From: an uncultured Methanomicrobiaceae archaeon
GTDB taxonomy: Archaea; Halobacteriota; Methanomicrobia; Methanomicrobiales; Methanoculleaceae
Assembly: GCA_963826525.1 (NCBI GenBank)
Contig: CAWGXH010000005.1
Span: 256,001 to 320,000 of the forward strand
Length of the DNA stretch: 64,000 bases
Reading direction: 5' to 3'
Made by a program: the position numbers and the translations under genes
In this document: piece after piece, positions 55,569-64,000 of the stretch
Layout: each line of letters opens with the position of its first letter
Position numbering within the stretch: the stretch's first letter is position 1
Notes under the pieces: generated by a model
What the model was told of the DNA's origin: nothing
What the model saw: only the letters and a program-made list of their open reading frames with translations
Databases searched by the model: none

Positions 55569-56648
55569 ATGGCCGTCATGAAGATCCGGGGAGGCGATCT
55601 CGATCTCGTCGAGTATGATTTCCCCTCATTCCCTCCGGGCGAGAATATCCGAACACTCGGGCTCAAGAATGAGTACGCCCTTTCTCCCGTCACGGGAGTC
55701 GTGCGGGTGCGGGCACCCTCCCGCATCCACCTCACCGTCCTTGATATGAACCGGTTCGCACCGGACAGGCCGGGAGGCGGCGGGATTGGGTTTGCCATCA
55801 AAACCTACTGCACCGCAGAGGTTGCCTGCATCCCGTCCGGGATAGAGATCGACTACTCGCGAAAACCCATCCTGCGCCACTTCATCGAGGTCTTCCGGGA
55901 TGTCGTCGGCTACGAGGGAGGATTTGCCGTCTCGGCGCGCGACCACATGCACGAGCACGTCGGCCTCGGGTCGACCAGCACCATTCTTATCGCCGTTGCA
56001 AACGCCCTGAACGCTGCGGTCGGCGCCCCGTTGACGCAGGATCAGCTTCGCATCCTCCTCGGCAGCAACTACGTCGAAGAGACGGCCGAAGGCAGTGTCG
56101 CCTTCGGGTTCGAGACCGGCGTCGGGCCGGCCGTCAGCACCTACGGCGGCATGGCGATCATGGGCGACGAGCTGACGCTCGTCTACCGCCACCCCTTCGC
56201 CGAAGGGAAGCGGGTCTACATTGCCATCCCGCCTTCGGACATCTCGTCTGCAGGTGAGAAAGAATTCGATCTCCTGATGAACAAGGCACGGACGCTCGAC
56301 TACCGCGACCGCGAGCTCAAGTCGTATATGGTCCTGATGGACCTGATCCCGGCCCTCGAGCGGGACAATCTTGCGAAGATTGGCGAGATCGTCTGGGAGA
56401 TCGAGTTCCGGGGTTCGAAGCGTGCCGAAGTCGAGCACCACGGGTTCGGACTCTACCAGTATATGGCCGCACTTCGCGATGCCGGATTCGAGTTTGTGGG
56501 GATGAGTTCGGTAGGCCCTTCGATCGCCGTCATCACCGACCGCGACGAAGCGGATGTGGCCGCAGTCTTCGGATCGCTCGGTCTGAAGATAGCCATCGCC
56601 ACCGAGGTCGATAACGAAGGCCTGACGATCAGTCTCCCCGACCGCTAA
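55569..56648 (+). CDS. GHMP-kinase superfamily protein, beta-RFA-P synthase (MptG)-like
   Basis: APSRIH..DMN..GGGGIG, HVGLGST, GMSSVGP. Confidence 0.75.
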   Translation: MAVMKIRGGDLDLVEYDFPSFPPGENIRTLGLKNEYALSPVTGVVRVRAPSRIHLTVLDMNRFAPDRPGGGGIGFAIKTYCTAEVACIPSGIEIDYSRKPILRHFIEVFRDVVGYEGGFAVSARDHMHEHVGLGSTSTILIAVANALNAAVGAPLTQDQLRILLGSNYVEETAEGSVAFGFETGVGPAVSTYGGMAIMGDELTLVYRHPFAEGKRVYIAIPPSDISSAGEKEFDLLMNKARTLDYRDRELKSYMVLMDLIPALERDNLAKIGEIVWEIEFRGSKRAEVEHHGFGLYQYMAALRDAGFEFVGMSSVGPSIAVITDRDEADVAAVFGSLGLKIAIATEVDNEGLTISLPDR

Positions 56649-56728
56649 CTTTTTTACGAGTTTTGTGCATCATCTCCCGGTGTGCCGGATAGGGAGACCG
56701 TTCCTTACGACCTGACCTGGAGAGAAGC

Positions 56729-57412
56729 ATGGTGGGTTTGAAAGCGTGTGTACTGCTCCTGGTTGTTGCTGCAGTCCTTGCCGGTCATGTATCGGCGATA
56801 GAGATCCCACTCCTGCTCTTTGACGACTCCTTCGAAACAGGGACTTTTGAGAACTGGGATGAGATCGGGGACAAGTGGCATATTACGGACGACGCCCATA
56901 CCGGAGAGTATGCAGCAGTCTGCATCGTCGAAGGGGAGGTTGATGCGCCCGGCAGGGCGCTCGTCAAGGTGCTGAATTACACGGGCAGTTATATGGTCGA
57001 GGGGTGGTTCAAGACCAACAAACTCGGCACCCTTACGTGCAGCGGCCTGTACATCCTCGGGGAGGTTCCCGGGAAAGAGTCGCTCCTCTATTCGCTGCAG
57101 GTGATCGAGGGCGGCCGGATCGGCTACAACCAGTGGAACGAATCAGGGAAACACCACCTCTACTCCGACGAACCCATTATCAGGGCGGGGCAGTGGCACC
57201 GGTTCAGTGTCTGCTACGACCGTGACGCATCGACCCAGTCAGTTCGGATCGACGGCAGGTGTCTCGGGACGTCTCCGTTAAGGACGCTCTTTGGCGAACC
57301 CATCGAACCGGACGAGTACATATCGCTCCGGATAGGCGGCGGGTCTACCTGGGGGATCGGGGACGAACCCGATATCGCAGTCCTCGACGATATCCAGGTG
57401 ACGACCCTCTGA
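56729..57412 (+). CDS. Secreted beta-sandwich (lectin/LamG-like) protein
   Basis: Signal peptide; DDSFETGTFENW, GQWHRF, LDDIQV. Confidence 0.6.
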   Translation: MVGLKACVLLLVVAAVLAGHVSAIEIPLLLFDDSFETGTFENWDEIGDKWHITDDAHTGEYAAVCIVEGEVDAPGRALVKVLNYTGSYMVEGWFKTNKLGTLTCSGLYILGEVPGKESLLYSLQVIEGGRIGYNQWNESGKHHLYSDEPIIRAGQWHRFSVCYDRDASTQSVRIDGRCLGTSPLRTLFGEPIEPDEYISLRIGGGSTWGIGDEPDIAVLDDIQVTTL

Positions 57413-57434
57413 TAGATGCCGGCGCCGGAAAAAG

Positions 57435-58215
57435 TTATGACGTTGTGAAGGAGAGGGAGATGAGCGTGGTCGGGCTGTCGTTCTCCGACTCCGCGACGAC
57501 GACGCCGTCGGCGACCAGGGCGGCATACAGGGTTCCCGACACCGGCGCGGCCTTCTTCACCGTCACGTACGCGGCTTTGCCCGTGCCGAGCGGGAACTCC
57601 TTCTCCAGATCAATGGTATCCGTCCACTCCGACAGTGAGGTTCCATCGAGTTCCGAAAAGATCCGCACCGTCCCGTTATACCGGATCGCGAGGACGTAGT
57701 CCACCTCGCCGGTCAGCAGTTCCGGCGAAGGATCGACGAACCGCATGGTCTCCGGTGTGTCGTAGACGAAACCTCCTTGCAGGTTTCCGCTACTATCTTT
57801 GATGGGTATCTGCATGACGATCCTCTGCTGGACGACGCCACTCTCATCGAACTCCGGTGCAGCCGCCCAGGTATCGCTCGCCTGATACGGGATGTACACG
57901 TCGCTGCCGGTCCCGAGAACCGGCTGTATCCGGTATGTTCCGTCCGTCGTGTTGGCAGCGGTGATCAGCATAAGTTCAGTCCCGTCGGGAGACGATACGA
58001 GGTCGGCCGCCTGGTACTTCGGTGCATACGGCGTCGTCGGCGTCGTCGTCGACCGGAGTCTCCGGCGTTGTCGCCTGCTCTGTGGGCTCTGCCGTCGGTA
58101 GTGTCGTTGCCGGAGTCTGCTGCTCGGTGGTATTGCCGCTGCCCGTACATCCGCAGGTTAGCAGTGCGACAAGTACCAGCACAAGGGGAGAGAATCGGAG
58201 GATCGCTCTAAGCAT
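57435..58215 (-). CDS. Putative lipoprotein with Thr/Pro linker (frameshift ~58050)
   Basis: Signal peptide with LTCGC lipobox; TP-rich linker; beta-rich C-terminal domain. Confidence 0.7.
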
Positions 58216-58314
58216 ACCGGAGCATTACGCTCTGATGTTCTAAAACGTTCCGGTACGGCTCCCGGCGGTTCTGCGGCGGGAGGCCGGCCTCTCCGCTGCA
58301 GGAAAGATGAGCAA

Positions 58315-58600
58315 AAGCCAAAAGCGGTGCTTGATACCTTCCGGTCGTCCGGCAGCGAAGGGAAACTCCCAATGCTTGAGTTTGCCGTCTGCTATGACAG
58401 GGACGAAGGGAGAGCGAAAGAGATCGCCCGGGGGTGGTTCCCCATCGCCGCACACGAAGGCGAACCAAACCGGGTCATCTGTTCATCGACAGGATAGGAA
58501 CAGCGATCCGGGGGCCGACCGCGTCGCCACTACCCGGGACGGGCCAAAACCGGCGCGGCAACGTCCTCCCCGCGTTCGGGCCGCGCGCTTCCTCGCGGGA
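58315..58600 (+). pseudogene. Degenerate remnant of an F420-dependent LLM-class oxidoreductase C-terminus
   Basis: Across frames: DTFRSSGSEGK..EFAVCYDRDE..AKEIARGWFPIAA..FIDRI..ADRV..NVLPAF. Confidence 0.45.
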
Positions 58601-58692
58601 ATACCTGCCGCCTGAACCGGGAGAGCCGCAGTTCTCACGGAGATACACCCCTCTTTTCGGCAGGTGTGCTGGAAAAAAAGTATTCCGACCGA

Positions 58693-59875
58693 TTAGAAAT
58701 CGGTCATAATCCGGAACTGGTCGATCTCTTCCTGGCTGAGTTCCTCGAGGAACTCCTCGGCCGCATGCTGTATGTTCTTGCTTGCGGTGATGGCGCGGCC
58801 GACCACGAGGATATCCGCACCGGAGGCAAGGGCGTCCTTCACGACGTGCTGCCTGATGCCGCCTGCCGTTGCGACGAGGAGCCTCTTGCCGCCCGCTTCC
58901 TTGATGGCGGGGATGTTGCCCCATGCGTGCGCGGTCCCTTCGACGTCGATAGCCCGGTGGAGGCTCGACGATATCGGGCTTGACGGCGAGGCTCTCGATG
59001 AGGGCGACCGGGTCATCGACGTTCAGCATGTCGACCACGGTGTAGATGCCGGTCTTCTTGGTGTCGCGGATCGCCTTTTCGATGGTGGAGGCAGGCGCAA
59101 GACCGGAGATGACGACGGCATCGGCGCCGGCGTCGGCCGCCATCCGTGCCTCGAGGTTGCCGGTGTCGAGGGTCTTTAAGTCCGCTATGATGAAGGCGTT
59201 CGGCCGGAGTTTCCGGATCTCTCCTATCACGGAGAGGCCGAACTTCTTAATGAGCGGCGTGCCCGCTTCGATGAGGAGGTGATCGTTCTGCGGGAGCCCG
59301 GCGAGCACACGCTCGACCTGCCGCATGTCCACGAGGTCCATCGCCACCTGCAGGTAGGGCGGATCCCAGAGCCGCTGCACCTTAAAGCCCATGACGGCGT
59401 GGGCGGCACGGTCCTTCTCGTGGAGGAGCGTATCCGCGTCGGGGAAGCGGTCGAGCGCACGCCTGACAGCGAGTTTCATCGCCCCGTAGTTGAAGCGGTA
59501 GATCCTGTTGTAGTCCTCTGCGCTCGGGTGCATGAAGACGCTTGCGAGGATGACGATATCATCGATATCGATCCCCTCGAAGACGCCTTCTTCGAGCGAG
59601 TCGGCCACGGCCTTTGCGACTGCTGCCTGCATTGGCCCGAACATCTGGTTCACCTGTGCCTCTTTCTTGAGGGTGACCTTCGGGATAACGAGGGTTGCAG
59701 GCTTCGTCATCAGGTTCGGACGCACGACACCGAGCAGGGGCGTGTGGCCGGCGGAGAGCTGCGAGAATGCATTTACAAAGGCATGCCCGACAGGCCCGTT
59801 TTTGTCCCCGATGATTAAATCGATATGCGCGAGTTCCGCGCCTTCTCCAACGAGTGCTTCGCCAATAAGATACAT
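58693..59875 (-). CDS. fae-hps: Bifunctional formaldehyde-activating enzyme/3-hexulose-6-phosphate synthase (frameshift ~58962)
   Basis: GEALVGEGAELAHIDL, GPMQAAVAKAV, EAGTPL, DLKTLDTG, HRAID, VVGRAIT. Confidence 0.95.
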
Positions 59876-60080
59876 AAACGTCCCCATTATTCTGCCCTCA
59901 TATTAGGAGGGCATATTATATTAACACGCCCGCATCGACATGGTCGCCTGCAGCCCGGGATAATCTCCGGTACTTTGTACAGGAGGAACGGAGATGGAAT
60001 AGCCGGATTATCCGGGAAGATCTGCAAAGAATGCTGCAAAAATCGCAGGCTGCTTCATAACGTCCGGAAGAAGTAAGATG

Positions 60081-60233
60081 TGGGGTCGGTGAGATTTGAA
60101 CTCACGATCGACGGGTCTCTCCGACATGCATCAGTGCTCCAACGGGTCATCATCTCTTCATCAGGAGACCCATTGTTCATCACATGCAAAGACCGCTGGA
60201 GCCCGTCGCCATTCCTGACTAGGCCACGACCCC
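60081..60233 (-). tRNA. tRNA-Trp(CCA) with 79-nt intron (60117-60195)
   Basis: Acceptor GGGGTCG/CGACCCC; anticodon CCA; canonical 37/38 bulge-helix-bulge (CTCC/GGAG); T-loop TTCAAAT. Confidence 0.96.
60117..60195 (-). ncRNA. Intron-encoded box C/D guide RNA
   Basis: Box C GTGATGA, D' CTGA, C' ATGATGA, D CTGA; guides TGGGTCTC and TTGGAGC complementary to the pre-tRNA anticodon arm. Confidence 0.9.
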
Positions 60234-60328
60234 ACGTGCACTGTATAGAGAGGGAGTCTCGAGTATTAAGATTTACGCTATGCCGGTGCAGCAATCTTTT
60301 ATTTTCCCTATCTTCCCATATGTATAGG

Positions 60329-62029
60329 ATGGTTGAGGGCAGTTACGCGTGTGGAAGTTCCGATATCCTCCTGCAGGGTATCACCATAGGAGAGATGCTG
60401 AACAGGATTGCGACACGGTATCCTGAGAACGAGGCTATCGTCTCGGTTCATCAGGATATCCGGTGGACGTATGCGGGTTTTCTCGACCGCGTGAACAGCC
60501 TTGCACGCGCGCTCATGGCCATCGGCGTCGAGCGCGGGGACCGTGTCGGCATCTGGTCGCTCAACTATGCCGAGTGGGTGCTCACCCAGTTTGCCACCGC
60601 CAAGATTGGCGCGATCATGGTGAACATCAACCCCGCCTACCGGACGTACGAGTTCGAGTACGCCGTCAAGCAGTCCGAGGTGCAGACGCTCCTCATCCAG
60701 GGGCGGTTCAAGACCTCCGACTACGTCGGGATGTTCTACGAAGCGTGCCCCGAGGCGTTCGAAGGCACACCTGGTCGGATTAACAGCGATACGTTCCCGT
60801 TCTTAAAGAACGTCGTCTTCATCGGCGATATCCCCTATAACGGCATGTTCACCTGGGACGAACTCCTCGAGAAGGGAGAGGCGATCAGCCCGAACGAACT
60901 TGCCGAGCGTGAGGAGTCGCTCGGGTTCGACGATGCGATCAATATCCAGTACACCAGCGGCACGACCGGGTTTCCGAAAGGCGTCGTGCTGACGCACCAC
61001 AATATCCTCAACAACGGCTACATCATCGGGGAGGGGATGAAGTTCACCGAGGCGGACCGGCTCTGTATCCCGGTGCCCTTCTACCACTGCTTCGGGATGG
61101 TGCTCTCGAATATGGCCTGCGTCACGCACGGTTCGACGATGGTGCTCCCGTCCCCCGTCTTCAACGCCGAGGCCGTCCTCCAGACGATCCAGGACGAGAA
61201 GTGCACGGCCGTCCACGGTGTCCCGACGATGTTCATCGCCGAGCTCTCGCACCCGGATTTCCCGTCGTTCCGGCTCGAGTCGCTCCGGACGGGGATTATG
61301 GCCGGGTCTCCCTGCCCGATCGAGGTGATGAAGGAGGTCAATAAGAAGATGAACATGTCCGATATCGTCATCGTCTACGGGCAGACCGAGACATCTCCCG
61401 GCGTCACCATGACGACGACGGTCGACCCGCTCGAGCGGCGCGTCTCCACGGTGGGAAGGCCGTTCCCCCACACGGAGATCAAGATCGTCGACCCGAACAC
61501 GAAGAAGGTCGTCCCCCGCGGCGAGACCGGGGAGATCTGCGCCCGGGGCTACTGCGTCATGCGCTGCTACTACAACAACCCAAGCGCCACCCACGCCACC
61601 ATCGACGATAACGGCTGGAACCACACCGGCGACCTCGGGACCATGGACGACGAGGACTACATCCGGATCGTCGGCCGCCTGAAGGATATGGTCATCCGCG
61701 GCGGCGAGAATATCTACCCCCGCGAGATCGAGGAGTTCCTCCACAACCACCCGGCAATCGCCGACGTCTACGTCATCGGTGTGCCGGACCAGAAGTACGG
61801 CGAAGAACTGATGGCCTGGATCAAGGTGGAAGGCGGGGCGACCCTGACCGACGACGCGGTGAAGGAGTTCTGCCGCGGCAAGATTGCGCATTTCAAGATC
61901 CCGCGCTACTACAAATACGTCGACGACTTCCCGATGACCATCTCCGGCAAGATCCAGAAGTTCAAGATGCGGGAGCAGGCGATCGAGGAACTCGGTCTCG
62001 AATGCGCCTCGAAGATCGAGACGGCGTGA
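60329..62029 (+). CDS. AMP-binding acyl-CoA synthetase
   Basis: [48 protein letters not shown]. Confidence 0.93.
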   Translation: MVEGSYACGSSDILLQGITIGEMLNRIATRYPENEAIVSVHQDIRWTYAGFLDRVNSLARALMAIGVERGDRVGIWSLNYAEWVLTQFATAKIGAIMVNINPAYRTYEFEYAVKQSEVQTLLIQGRFKTSDYVGMFYEACPEAFEGTPGRINSDTFPFLKNVVFIGDIPYNGMFTWDELLEKGEAISPNELAEREESLGFDDAINIQYTSGTTGFPKGVVLTHHNILNNGYIIGEGMKFTEADRLCIPVPFYHCFGMVLSNMACVTHGSTMVLPSPVFNAEAVLQTIQDEKCTAVHGVPTMFIAELSHPDFPSFRLESLRTGIMAGSPCPIEVMKEVNKKMNMSDIVIVYGQTETSPGVTMTTTVDPLERRVSTVGRPFPHTEIKIVDPNTKKVVPRGETGEICARGYCVMRCYYNNPSATHATIDDNGWNHTGDLGTMDDEDYIRIVGRLKDMVIRGGENIYPREIEEFLHNHPAIADVYVIGVPDQKYGEELMAWIKVEGGATLTDDAVKEFCRGKIAHFKIPRYYKYVDDFPMTISGKIQKFKMREQAIEELGLECASKIETA

Positions 62030-62056
62030 CGATTCATCCGGAACCTTTTTTTCAGC

Positions 62057-62900
62057 ATGGACGGCGCTGCCCTTCTTCAGGAGATCGAAGCGATTCTCGC
62101 CGATCCGACCGTAAACCGGCTCGCCCCGGATTGCCCGGAACCGGCATGGGCCAGCCCGCTCATCGGCGTCTCCCGGGGCGACGACTCGCTCTACCGGGAA
62201 TTTGCGGAAAGTATCGGCCCGTTCTACTGGACGCCCCTCGAGGCGTTCCGCACTGCGTTCCCCGAGAGCGACAGCACGGCTGCCGATCTTGCCGTCATCG
62301 TCTGGGCGCTGCCGCAGACCGGAGCGACGCGGCGGGACCACCGGGCGTCGGGAGAACTCCCCGCACGCCGCTGGAGCCTCTCTCGCCACTACGGGGAGCA
62401 GGTGAATGACCATATCCGGGACCATCTTGCCTCCCTGCTCACCGGAGCCGGTTACCCGGCCGTCGCGCCCGTCAGGCTCCCTGCGTGGCGGCGTGAGGAA
62501 TCGGAGAGATTCGGGCTTTCTTCCCGCTGGTCGGAGCGGCACGCCGCCTACGCATCAGGTCTCGGCACCTTCGGTCTCTGCGACGGCCTTATTACGGAGC
62601 GGGGTAAGGCGGTGCGCCTCGGGTCGGTCATCGCCAGGATTGATCTATCCGCCACGCCGCGGCCGTACACCGGCCGCACCGCGGTACTGTCTCCATACTG
62701 CCGGGTGTACCGCCTGCATCCGCCGCTGTCCTGCGGGAGCGATCTCCGCGGAAGGGCACGACAAAGAGCGGTGTTACGAGTACATCCGGCAGGTGGCGAT
62801 GCCCTTCGTCGAGAGTGATATCGGCCTCGGGGTCTCAAGCTGCGGCCTCTGCCAGGCCGGTGTGCCCTGCGAAGCACAACGACCCCGCCGTCCCGGATAA
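62057..62900 (+). CDS. QueG/reductive-dehalogenase-like 4Fe-4S protein (frameshift ~62680)
   Basis: WSERHAAYASGLGTFG, RLGSV, CLHTAGCTACIRRCP, C..CGLCQAGVPC. Confidence 0.78.
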
Positions 62901-62910
62901 AAAAAAAGGT

Positions 62911-64000
62911 TTACGAGGCGTCCTCGGACCGGCGAACCAGCGCCGCAGCCGCTTCCGCGGCTCCTTTCAGGATTGCGGCCTCGCCGGGGACGACACGGTC
63001 GTACATGACGAACCTGCCGCCGCAGAGGACGGTATGCACCGCTCCCCCGTTACAGGCATAGGCTATATTCGAGTCGGCGTTGTGGAGCGGCGTTGCGCAC
63101 GCCTTCCGGCGGTCGACGAGCACGATATCGGCAGGTGCTCCGACGGTCAGGGTCCCGGGGCCGATGCCGAGCGCCCGTGCCCCTCCCGCCGTTGCGACCC
63201 GGATCGCCTCGTTCTGCAGGGAGCAGTGTCTGGGAGTTCCAGGCGAACTTCTGCAGCAGTGCTGCAAACTTCACCTCCTCGAGCATATCCAGGTTGTTGT
63301 TCGAGGCGCAGCCGTCGGTTCCGAGGCAGACGTTCGCCCCGGACTCCCGGAGGTGGTGGTAGGGCATGGCACGCCCGACGGCGAGCTTCATGTTGCTTGC
63401 AGGGTTGTGGGAGGCGTTGACGCCCCGCTCCGCAAAGAGCCGGCAGTCGGCCTCGTCGAGCCAGCAGCAGTGTGCGGCGACCGTCCGCGGCGTTAAGCAG
63501 CCGCATTCGTCGAGGAGCACGGGAGGGCGTTTGCCGTGCTGCGCCACACAGTCGACGACCTCTTGCTCGGTCTCGCTGACGTGGATGTGGATGCCGATCT
63601 CCTGCTCGCGAGCGTAGTCGGCACACCAGCGGAGCCCTTCCGGCGAAACGGTGTAGACCGCGTGCGGCCCGACCGCAGCCCTGAGCCGCGGGTTCTTCTG
63701 CCCCTTGATGTGGGAGACGAGCGCTTTGGTCGCTCGTATCTCGGTCTCGCGCTTCTCCTCCATCGCTAGATCGATGAACCCGTGGGCGAAGGTGCCCCGG
63801 ATTCCCATCTCGTCGGTCGCCTCGGCGGCCCGGTCCATGAAGAAGTACATGTCGTTGAAGGCGGTCGTGCCCGTGCGGATCATCTCAAGGCACGCGAGCT
63901 TCGTGCCCCAGTAGACGTCGTCGCCGGTCAGGTGCGCTTCGAGCGGCCAGATCTTCTGCGTCAGCCACTCCTGGAGCGGCATATCGTCGGCATACCCGCG
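62911..64000 (-). CDS. dadD: 5'-deoxyadenosine/MTA-SAH deaminase, 5' end beyond window (frameshift ~63220)
   Basis: RGYADDMPLQEWL, DMYF, GPHAVYT, HIHVSET, AHC, HNPASNMKL, GTDGCASNNNLD. Confidence 0.88.

Noticed and set aside
58240-58660. Possible RNase P or SRP RNA in a GC-rich gap
   Set aside because: No RNase P GAGGAAAGTCC-type or SRP helix-8 motif seen; better explained as a pseudogene
60803-62542. Long antisense ORFs (this 579-aa one; also 2148-3491, 19271-20299, 26694-27743, 38829-39938)
   Set aside because: Shadows of real genes in GC-rich DNA, with no motifs

Overview
GC-rich chromosomal segment of a methanogenic euryarchaeon, most likely Methanomicrobiales. This is inferred from fae-hps, dadD, cimA-ilvBH, Trm-G10, an intron-containing tRNA-Trp with a box C/D guide, DUF4013/DUF2795 paralogs and many PAS proteins. 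Core genes: mscS, tRNA-Thr(GGT), an SSS symporter, cimA-ilvB-ilvH, purH, grpE-dnaK-dnaJ, trmG10, msrA, fae-hps, tRNA-Trp, an acyl-CoA synthetase and dadD. Two accessory stretches are interleaved. The first (~7.8-24.4 kb, after tRNA-Thr) holds PAS/histidine-kinase genes, a SnoaL cyclase, a Dna2-like nuclease-helicase, a 2H phosphoesterase, a stand-alone ATP cone and gene remnants. The second (~41-54 kb) holds HAMP/Cache proteins, a TIGR04283/radical SAM-SPASM/methyltransferase/TIGR04282 cluster, three DUF2795 genes, a Roadblock protein and a UGM-like/GT4/GT2 operon. Single-base indels break many genes, including dnaK, dnaJ, grpE and ilvB, so most frameshifts are probably assembly errors; coordinates given are for the repaired genes. 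Best candidates for undescribed biology: (1) the arsenosugar-type transferase pair coupled to a non-ArsS SPASM radical SAM and a non-ArsM methyltransferase; (2) a putative Glc(a1-2)Galf-archaeol glycolipid operon; (3) an ErcA/ErcS-like alcohol-sensing module ending in an H-box-only domain; (4) DUF2795 genes with RBS-sequestering 5' hairpins. All family calls come from motif recognition by eye, not database searches. No CRISPR array, rRNA, transposase or integrase was seen.
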